A DNA stretch of 64,000 nucleotides, taken from the NCBI GenBank assembly GCA_002427755.1, contig DIYO01000007.1, forward strand, positions 6,633 to 70,632. The letters are read 5' to 3'. The notes below the pieces were generated by a model. The model was not told where the DNA came from, made no database searches, and saw only the letters and a program-made list of their open reading frames with translations. The position numbers were made by a program, and so were the translations under genes. Shown here one piece after another: positions 48,457 through 56,102 of the stretch; within the stretch, counting starts at the first letter, position 1, and each line of letters opens with the position of its first letter. Origin of the DNA: Roseivirga sp. UBA6052. GTDB lineage: Bacteria; Bacteroidota; Bacteroidia; Cytophagales; Cyclobacteriaceae.

Positions 48457-50436
48457 ATGAGAAGACTTCAACTTATCGCTATTTTTTTATTTATATCGGG
48501 CCTTTTCTTTAATAACCTAGCGGCCCAATCTATTTCTGTATTTACTACAGCAATTGATGCTCAAGTGAACGGTGAGCGTTTAGATGAGCAGAACTACAGT
48601 CTTCTTGAAGATGGAGTGGCGAATTATGACAATGGAGAATGGGTAGGTGTAAAAATAGAAATCGGTTCGGAGCAAGCCACTAAAGATCATTTCATTCACT
48701 TGTCATATTCACTATTGGATACGGTTGAAGTTTGGACTCCCGGAGACAATGGCCGTTTGTACATGCTTTATCAGACAGGTCAGGCATTCAAATTCAATAC
48801 TAGGCCATATAATAGCTCTGACTTTGTATTTCCGTTACTTGAAAGGAATCAAGAGTACTACCTTAGAATTTATAGCTCCAAACCTATAGTAGTTCCATTT
48901 GAGGTAATCTCAATTCAACCGCTTTTCGAAAAACTCACCAAAGGAGATTTCTTATTCGGCATCTTTGTAGGGCTCATCGGTGTAATGTTTCTATACAACC
49001 TAGTGCTCCTTTTTATTACCAGAGATAACAGCTATGGCTATTACATACTCTATTTACTCACTTTAGTGCTTACCCAGTCAGCATTATTCGGTTATACCGA
49101 CCGATTCATTATGCCCAATTGGCCAATTCTTAATCAGAATTTCACCGTTCTTTCTGGAGCCCTAGTAGGTATTACTTCGATGGCATTCATTATTAATTTT
49201 TTGCGTATCAGAGTACAAAAACCGCTATTCTTTAGGCTCTTTATTATAGTCTTCGTCTTAGATGGACTCGGCATACTATTCTTATTAATTGGCTTAGATG
49301 TACCTGCTTTTTATGTGGTCAACCTAGCCTCTTTCTATGGCTCAATAGTTGGCTTTATTGCTGCATTTAAATTGGCAAAAAGTGGTTTTAAACCTGCTAA
49401 ATTCTTCTTGATCGCCTGGTCGATTTTTTTAGTCAGTGTGATCATTTTTGCCTTAATGAATGTAGATATCATTCCCTATGACCCACTGCTCTATAGATCT
49501 ATGCTATTTGGGTCTAGCATTGAAGCTATACTTCTTTCCGTAGCACTGGCTGACCGTATCACTGTCTTAAGAAAAGAGAGTAGAGAATCGCAACAAAGAG
49601 CGCTTGAGATGGCACAAGAGAATGAGCGAATTATCAAAGAGCAAAATATTAAGCTAGAAGAGAAAGTACAGCTGCGTACAAAAGAACTACGAGGCGCTAA
49701 TAAAGAGTTAAACGTTACTCTAGAAAATCTAAAAGCGGCTCAAACCAACTTAGTACAATCTGAAAAAATGGCATCTCTGGGTATTCTAACTGCAGGGGTA
49801 GCACACGAAATAAACAATCCGTTAAACTTTATTTATGGTGGCCACACAGCTATTCTAGATGAATTGAATAAAAAAGAAGATCTCAATCTCGGAAATCTAA
49901 AAGAGTACTTGGAATGGATTGAAATGGGAGCTGAAAAGGCCACCGAAATCGTGAAGAGTTTAAATGTTTATAGCCGCACCAATGACGATCTCACAGAGAC
50001 ATGTAATATCAACAAGATTGTGAACGCTTGTCTATCCATGTTACAGAACAAAATTAAAGCTAACACAAAGATTGACAGAAACTTAGACAAAAACATAGGC
50101 ATTATAAAAGGAAACAATGGTAAATTACATCAAGTAGTGCTTAATCTTCTGGGTAATGCTTTAGACGCTATCGAAGAGAATGGCCACATTCAAATTGAAA
50201 GTAGATCGAATGAAAATGAGATTTTGCTCACAATTGAAGATAATGGCAGTGGCATCTCAAAACAGAATTTAAAGAAAGTACTTGATCCTTTCTTTACAAC
50301 AAAGGCACCAGGAAAAGGCACTGGATTGGGCTTATCTATAGTCCATTCTATTATACAAGAACACACAGGAAGTATTGAATTTGACTCTGAGGAAGGTAGA
50401 GGAACAAAAGTGTCTCTTAGGCTTCCAAAAGCTTAA
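48457..50436 (+). CDS. 7TM-DISM sensor histidine kinase
   Basis: Extracellular domain plus 7 TM; AGVAHEINNPL H-box; NLLGNA, DNGSG, FFTTK..GKGTGLGL. Confidence 0.92.
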   Translation: MRRLQLIAIFLFISGLFFNNLAAQSISVFTTAIDAQVNGERLDEQNYSLLEDGVANYDNGEWVGVKIEIGSEQATKDHFIHLSYSLLDTVEVWTPGDNGRLYMLYQTGQAFKFNTRPYNSSDFVFPLLERNQEYYLRIYSSKPIVVPFEVISIQPLFEKLTKGDFLFGIFVGLIGVMFLYNLVLLFITRDNSYGYYILYLLTLVLTQSALFGYTDRFIMPNWPILNQNFTVLSGALVGITSMAFIINFLRIRVQKPLFFRLFIIVFVLDGLGILFLLIGLDVPAFYVVNLASFYGSIVGFIAAFKLAKSGFKPAKFFLIAWSIFLVSVIIFALMNVDIIPYDPLLYRSMLFGSSIEAILLSVALADRITVLRKESRESQQRALEMAQENERIIKEQNIKLEEKVQLRTKELRGANKELNVTLENLKAAQTNLVQSEKMASLGILTAGVAHEINNPLNFIYGGHTAILDELNKKEDLNLGNLKEYLEWIEMGAEKATEIVKSLNVYSRTNDDLTETCNINKIVNACLSMLQNKIKANTKIDRNLDKNIGIIKGNNGKLHQVVLNLLGNALDAIEENGHIQIESRSNENEILLTIEDNGSGISKQNLKKVLDPFFTTKAPGKGTGLGLSIVHSIIQEHTGSIEFDSEEGRGTKVSLRLPKA

Positions 50437-50438
50437 TT

Positions 50439-50804
50439 ATGGAAGAGAAGCCTCTTGTTCTTGTAGTTGATGACGAACGCATTAATCGTGTTATTCTTGA
50501 GAGAGTACTTGATTCAACATTTAAGGTATTCGCTGCTGAAGGAGCATCAGAAGCTTTGGAAATCTTAGAAAGCAATCCAGAGATTAATCTAGTAATAACG
50601 GATATGCGCATGCCAAATATTGATGGGTTAGAGTTCGTAAAAACAGCCCAACTAAGATGGCCAAAAAAGGCTTATTTTATGCTGTCAGGTTACGCTATAA
50701 CAAAAGAAATTCAAGCGGCTGTAGATGCAGGCTTGATCAAAGCTTACTTTACAAAACCTGCTAAGTTCGACCAGATAAAAAAGGCTCTATTAGATAATCT
50801 GTGA
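50439..50804 (+). CDS. Single-domain response regulator, cognate to the upstream kinase
   Basis: VVDDE, ITDMRMP, FTKP. Confidence 0.9.
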   Translation: MEEKPLVLVVDDERINRVILERVLDSTFKVFAAEGASEALEILESNPEINLVITDMRMPNIDGLEFVKTAQLRWPKKAYFMLSGYAITKEIQAAVDAGLIKAYFTKPAKFDQIKKALLDNL

Positions 50805-50823
50805 TAATCTTAGATTTACAATA

Positions 50824-51675
50824 TCACTTCTGATATACTCTTACGTAGTCAATCACCATTTCCGATTCTGTGAAATTCTGATCAATTTCTCCCCCAATTC
50901 CGCCCATAGCAATGTTTAACAGCATATACTGAGGTGCCGTAAATGGCCATGTCTCACTGTTTTTTACAGCAGGGTTATAAGTATAATACAGGGTATCATT
51001 GAAATAGAAATCAATCTTATCAGCAGTCCACTCCATGGCATATAGGTGGAAAGTATTGCTTACGTCATTACCCCTAATCTCTCCCTTATTTTGAGTGTCT
51101 CCATGACTCGAAGGTGTGTGAAGGGCGGCTTGAATCACATCTTGGTTGAATCCCCAGTGTTCCATTATGTCTATTTCACCACATGCAGGCCAAGGTGTTG
51201 TTCCGTTAGTCTGGGTCCAAAAACCACCTGGCTCAGTAATATTTTGTCCTAATGTCCACATGGCAGGCCATGTACCTCTGCCGGTAGGTAGCTTGGCTCT
51301 TATCTCAACTTTGCCGTAGGTAAAAGCATATTTTGAATTCAATCTGGCCGAAGTGTATAGCTTGGTTTGCCCTTGATCATTGAAGTTTTCTCTCTTAGCT
51401 ACAATATGTAGAAACCCATCGGCTAGATAGCTATTATCGGTTCTGTTCGTATAATGTTGAAGCTCACCATTATACCAACTATTCCCGTTTGGTAACTGTG
51501 TTTGGTGAAACCACTTATCGGCATTAATTGCTCCTGATCCGTCAAACTCATCAGACCATACCAACTCATATTCTCCCTCTTCTGTTGGTTCTTGAGGTTC
51601 ATCTCCATCATTTGAACATGAGAAGATTGTTAAAACCAAAAGAAGCAACATGCTGTGTTTAAGTGTCTTTTGCAT
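50824..51675 (-). CDS. GH16 beta-glucanase (laminarinase-like) lipoprotein
   Basis: Lipobox FSC; WSDEFDG, YTSARL, GTWPA.W, EIDIME catalytic motif. Confidence 0.92.
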   Translation of the reverse strand: MQKTLKHSMLLLLVLTIFSCSNDGDEPQEPTEEGEYELVWSDEFDGSGAINADKWFHQTQLPNGNSWYNGELQHYTNRTDNSYLADGFLHIVAKRENFNDQGQTKLYTSARLNSKYAFTYGKVEIRAKLPTGRGTWPAMWTLGQNITEPGGFWTQTNGTTPWPACGEIDIMEHWGFNQDVIQAALHTPSSHGDTQNKGEIRGNDVSNTFHLYAMEWTADKIDFYFNDTLYYTYNPAVKNSETWPFTAPQYMLLNIAMGGIGGEIDQNFTESEMVIDYVRVYQK

Positions 51676-51740
51676 GTGTTCAATATAGTAAGGAAAACTA
51701 TATCTCCTACCTTAAATTTAGATCACAGAATATTTAATTA

Positions 51741-51827
51741 TTTTACAAATGGGTAAAAAATAAATTCCGCTTTTCTTGTAGTTTCAAAAGCCTTTTTCTT
51801 CTTTTGTTTTACAATTGGGTAAAAAAT
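51741..51827. promoter_or_regulatory. Two palindromic operators TTTTAC-N6-GTAAAA upstream of padR
   Basis: TTTTACAAATGGGTAAAAAAT (51741) and TTTTACAATTGGGTAAAAAAT (51807); the second reaches the start codon. Confidence 0.7.
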
Positions 51828-52155
51828 GAATCAGAAACTAGGAGAATTCGAAGAGATTGTACTGCTGTTTGTTGCGGCTCAACACGAAGCTGCATATGGA
51901 CTTTCCGTAACCAAAGCTATTGAAGATGAACTAGGTCGGTCAGTTACTATGAGCTCAGTACATACTGCTCTGTATCGCTTAGAAGAAAAAGGATTTGTAG
52001 AATCTAAACTAGGTGATGCTGAAGGTAATCGCAGAGGACGTAGAAAGCGAATATTTGTGATAACTGCACAAGGCAAAACCGCATTACATGAGGCAAGAGA
52101 TGCCAGAATGCGCGTTTGGGACATGATTCCTGATTTCGTAATGAAGTTTGTTTAG
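51826..52155 (+). CDS. PadR family transcriptional regulator
   Basis: LGEFEEIVLL, AYG, SSVHTALYRLEEKGFV, RKRIFVITAQG. Confidence 0.93.
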   Translation: MNQKLGEFEEIVLLFVAAQHEAAYGLSVTKAIEDELGRSVTMSSVHTALYRLEEKGFVESKLGDAEGNRRGRRKRIFVITAQGKTALHEARDARMRVWDMIPDFVMKFV

Positions 52156-54782
52156 TGCAAGAGCAGTGGCACGATATTGATCCACCAAAAAGGGCTGAAC
52201 AGTTCTTTGAATGGTATTGCAACGATTGGTTAGTTGAAACCATTGGGGGAGATCTCTATGAACGCTATATCGATAATTACTCAAAATATGGCCGTAAAAA
52301 AGCCAATAGAAAATACTGGTTCGATGTCATTCGGTTTATAAATAGACATACACTCAAAAGGTCTAAAAATTCAAAATTCAACAACATGTCAATTTTCAAC
52401 AACTACGTAAAGGTCGGGTTTAGAAACCTGGTTAGAAACCGTGCATTTACGGTAATCAATACACTAGGACTGTCCGTTTCAATGGCAGTCTGTTTAATCA
52501 TAATTCTACTCATCAACGATCAGCTGAGCTATGATAAATTTCAATTGAATAGAGATAGTATCTACAGATTCACACATTCTCGTGCAGAAGGAATTAATCT
52601 TGGCATGGCTACCATCCCTCATCCCTTAGGAGCTGAAGCACAAAAACGCTTTGCAGGAATGACAGAAGTAGTCAATTTTCATCGTTTAGGTGGTGAAGTT
52701 GAAAGTAACGGTAAAGCGCTAGATATATTCGGACTATATGCTTCTCCTAATCTATTCGAGCTTTTTAGCTATAAGCTAAAATCAGGAGATCCTAAAACTG
52801 CCCTCGTTGAACCCTATTCAATAGTGCTTAAAGCAGAGATTGCCGAGAAATTTTTTAAAGATGAAGATCCGATTGGCAAGGAGATGAAGATCGGAAACAG
52901 AGGCACTTATAAAATCACTGGTGTCTTAGAAAAACTACCGGGTAAAACGCACATTCGCTTCGATGCCTTTGCTTCGGAAAGCAGCACAGCAGCGTTAACA
53001 GAAAAAGGACTCGATATGTGGGGCTTAAATAATTGGCAGAATGGAAGTCAAACATGGACGTATTTTAAACTTCAAGAAGGATATGGACCTGAACAACTAC
53101 AGGTAGTATTAGATGAGATTGCAGCAGAGTTCTACAATGAAGATTCGGATATGAATCCAACATTTGATATTCAGGCCATGTCCAACATTACTCCTGGTCC
53201 TCTTTATGGCAACCAAATTGGTGATGGTATGCCAAACTTCTTCGTAATCGGACTTAGCATTTTAGCAGGCTTGATTATGGTATGTGCAGCTTTTAACTAC
53301 ACCAATTTATCAGCAGCAAGAGCCGTTACGAGAACCAAAGAAGTGGGAGTGAGAAAAGTAATGGGCGCTAAAAGAGGTCAGCTTACATTTCAGTTCATCA
53401 TTGAGTCCATTCTATTGAGTCTGTTCTCTTTAGTGTTGGCAGTTGTATTCCTACGATTCTTAAAGCCTGCTTTCGAGGGTCTTCAAATTAGCAGCATGCT
53501 CAATTGGCAACTTGAGTTGACAACGACATCTTATGTGCAATTTGTAGGGTTTGCCATTGTATTAGGCATTGTAACAGGTTTATTCCCGAGTTTATATCTC
53601 TCATCTTTCAATGCCATTAATGCCATGAAAGGTGCTTTAAGCAAGAAAAAACTATCGGGTTGGGCTTTAAGAAAAACACTGATAGTGGTACAGTTCATGA
53701 TTTCCATCGTACTGATCACCTCATCTGTTTTGGTATACAAGCAAATTCAATATATCGTGGATAAAGACTACGGATATACCAAAGAGAATATCATCAATAT
53801 TGATCTGCAAGGGCAAGACTATGCAACATTAAAAACCGAATTAGAAACACTGCCATTCATTGAGAACATCACAGCTTCAAATATTATTCCTAATACCGGT
53901 GTTAGCAACTTTACAGAAGCTTGGAGAGAAACCAAGGATGAATCTGTTGATTTGAATTATCTATCCGTAGATGAGAACTATCTAGATATCTTGGAATTAG
54001 ACTTAGTTGCCGGTGAGAACTTTAAGAAAGATGCCGAGTCATTGAATCGAAAATCAGTGTTGATAAATGAAAAAGCGTTAGAAGCATTTGGATTCCAAAC
54101 CCCTTTAGATGCTCTAGGCGAAACGCTATACATAGAAGAAGGTGATACGCTCGTGGCAAATGTTATTGGTGTATTAAAAGACTTTAATTATCAATTCATC
54201 TTTGTAGGAATAGAGCCTTTGCTAATCAAATTCGAACCGGAATCTTATCAATATGCACAGCTTAAGATTTCAGGTTTCGACCTTACGGAAGAAATGGTTG
54301 CCATTGATAAAATCTGGGATGAATTCGACCCAAAACACGAACTTAAAGCTCAAACTTTCCAAGGGCAGCAAGATGAATTCAACAAGTTCTTTTACGATAT
54401 ATTATACATTGTGGGCTTGATCGCTGTGCTGAGCATTAGTATTGCAGGAATGGGCCTTTTAGGTATATCCGCTTTTGCTATTCAAGCAAGAATGAAAGAA
54501 GTAAGTATTCGAAAAGTACTTGGCGCCAATGTAAAGTCAATCATATTCATGCTATCTAGAAGCTTTATAATTATGTTAAGTATTGCCTTGATTTTAGGTT
54601 TTAGCATTGCTTACCTCGGGAATAAAGTCTGGTTAGATATGTTTGCTTACCGTACCAATTTCGGCTTTGATATTTTCTTCTTTACGGCCTTAGGACTAAT
54701 CGGTGTAGCTGTAGCCACAATTGGTTGGCAGGCTATTAGAGCTACAAGTACCAACCCCGCTTCTACCCTACGTGACGATTAA
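52155..54782 (+). CDS. MacB/FtsX-like ABC permease with N-terminal permease-prefix domain
   Basis: PPKRAEQFFEWYC...GDLYE prefix; two MacB-PCD/FtsX repeats (KEVGVRKVMGA, KEVSIRKVLGA). Confidence 0.9.
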   Translation: MQEQWHDIDPPKRAEQFFEWYCNDWLVETIGGDLYERYIDNYSKYGRKKANRKYWFDVIRFINRHTLKRSKNSKFNNMSIFNNYVKVGFRNLVRNRAFTVINTLGLSVSMAVCLIIILLINDQLSYDKFQLNRDSIYRFTHSRAEGINLGMATIPHPLGAEAQKRFAGMTEVVNFHRLGGEVESNGKALDIFGLYASPNLFELFSYKLKSGDPKTALVEPYSIVLKAEIAEKFFKDEDPIGKEMKIGNRGTYKITGVLEKLPGKTHIRFDAFASESSTAALTEKGLDMWGLNNWQNGSQTWTYFKLQEGYGPEQLQVVLDEIAAEFYNEDSDMNPTFDIQAMSNITPGPLYGNQIGDGMPNFFVIGLSILAGLIMVCAAFNYTNLSAARAVTRTKEVGVRKVMGAKRGQLTFQFIIESILLSLFSLVLAVVFLRFLKPAFEGLQISSMLNWQLELTTTSYVQFVGFAIVLGIVTGLFPSLYLSSFNAINAMKGALSKKKLSGWALRKTLIVVQFMISIVLITSSVLVYKQIQYIVDKDYGYTKENIINIDLQGQDYATLKTELETLPFIENITASNIIPNTGVSNFTEAWRETKDESVDLNYLSVDENYLDILELDLVAGENFKKDAESLNRKSVLINEKALEAFGFQTPLDALGETLYIEEGDTLVANVIGVLKDFNYQFIFVGIEPLLIKFEPESYQYAQLKISGFDLTEEMVAIDKIWDEFDPKHELKAQTFQGQQDEFNKFFYDILYIVGLIAVLSISIAGMGLLGISAFAIQARMKEVSIRKVLGANVKSIIFMLSRSFIIMLSIALILGFSIAYLGNKVWLDMFAYRTNFGFDIFFFTALGLIGVAVATIGWQAIRATSTNPASTLRDD

Positions 54783-54798
54783 TTAAGATAAATCTTCT

Positions 54799-54905
54799 GG
54801 TCTAATCACCTGGGCCAAAAGCATATCTTCATTTGTCCCGATTTCCTTCCGGGATTAACTCAAATGAGATAAAAAGAGAAACGTTGTTTTAACGTGGTTT
54901 TGACC
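54799..54905 (+). ncRNA. ssrS: Probable 6S RNA (6S-Flavo-like)
   Basis: 107-nt rod. Closing stem GGUC-U-AAUCAC/GUGGUU-UU-GACC, central bubble, upper stem AUCUUCAUUUG..UCCCG/CGGGA..CAAAUGAGAU. G-U pairs favour the plus strand; a terminator follows. Confidence 0.6.
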
Positions 54906-54908
54906 TTG

Positions 54909-54940
54909 GCGCGGCATGGGAGCATGCTGCGCTTTTTTTT
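54909..54940 (+). terminator. Rho-independent terminator
   Basis: GCGCGGCATG-GGAG-CATGCTGCGC followed by T8. Confidence 0.9.
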
Positions 54941-55043
54941 ATGTACAGATTGAATCTCAATATTATTATTCCCGTATCATACATTAACTAACCCCCTTGG
55001 CATAATCTTCGCTCGATGGTATGGAATTAAAATTTCAATATCA

Positions 55044-55373
55044 ATGAGGTCTTTTACAATCAATTCAAGAAAATCAATTTTCAAGCTTGTCTTCACCCTT
55101 ATTTTAATAGCTGGTTTATCTAGTTGTGAAGACGAATTACCTACCCAAGCAGAACTTAATGCTGAGCAGATACGCCAGGCTATAGATAGAAGAGCGGTGG
55201 ATGCAGTTTTCACTACATCATCTGATGGTGTCAATCGCAGAACAAGAGTTTATAATGATCCATCATTACGAATTGAAGGCACCTTCTTTATTGTAGATAA
55301 TGACTTCTACAGTCTAGACAAAATGATCAGGTTTTCATTCCAAGATGATGACCTATTCGTGGATTTCGAATAG
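55044..55373 (+). CDS. Hypothetical lipoprotein
   Basis: Lipobox LSSC followed by acidic EDE. Confidence 0.65.
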   Translation: MRSFTINSRKSIFKLVFTLILIAGLSSCEDELPTQAELNAEQIRQAIDRRAVDAVFTTSSDGVNRRTRVYNDPSLRIEGTFFIVDNDFYSLDKMIRFSFQDDDLFVDFE

Positions 55374-55614
55374 CTCTCAATTCTAGTATTTAGTAATCTA
55401 AACACTAAACCTATTAAGAGGTGATTTAATGACAATTGAATCTCGGAACCCAATAACCTTCTGATTTTCAATTGTTTTCGCTATATTCCATAAGTATTTC
55501 CAGAAAAGGTCTCTAAACTCAAGTTATTTCACAACCTGGAAATAAGAAGAATAACTTATTCACCCAAATCATCATTCTTTTCGGTCATTTTTTGTTATAC
55601 AAGACTTAATTGAC

Positions 55615-56064
55615 ATGACCTTAAAAAGAAAAATGGCGATCTGTTTATTGACCACAGTTTGCTTAGCTATGACCATTTTAGTATTCGAACCGCTATCTAT
55701 CTCAAGCGGAACTGATATGACTCCTTACGTGGCAACAAGCGATACAGTGCTGACTGCAAATTTTGAAGTAGTTAACTTCAACTTCCTAGTGCCAATTTTT
55801 ACACCAATAAAAATTGTCTCAGCTTTAGTAGCTTGCTTTAGTATCCTATTAATTGTGCTCACCTATGGCCTTTATGGAAAAGTACTGAGCAAATCTTACT
55901 TCTCAACTTACATTCCATTAACAGTCTGGGCATTATCCTTTATAGTTATCTATTTCAATCAACCCAACGCACCTTGGCAGGTTTGGATTGGACTATTTGC
56001 ACTGTGCTTCTCAGCATATGTACTAACCATATTAGATGAGAATGAATATCAAGGGGAGCATTGA
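55615..56064 (+). CDS. Hypothetical membrane protein
   Basis: 149 aa with about four hydrophobic segments. Confidence 0.6.
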   Translation: MTLKRKMAICLLTTVCLAMTILVFEPLSISSGTDMTPYVATSDTVLTANFEVVNFNFLVPIFTPIKIVSALVACFSILLIVLTYGLYGKVLSKSYFSTYIPLTVWALSFIVIYFNQPNAPWQVWIGLFALCFSAYVLTILDENEYQGEH

Positions 56065-56102
56065 ATTCAACCATCTTCGAGTTCTAACTAGTTAAATCAT
56101 CA

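Noticed and set aside
54838-54856. CCGGAAGGAA on the minus strand, resembling SRP RNA domain IV
   Set aside because: It lacks the flanking CAGG and AGCAG of the symmetric loop; G-U pairs and the terminator favour a plus-strand 6S-like RNA.
55430-55560. Inverted repeats (CAATTGAA/TTCAATTG, TATTTCCAG/CTGGAAATA) as a MITE or ncRNA
   Set aside because: Short and AT-rich, with no target-site duplication and no coherent nested fold.
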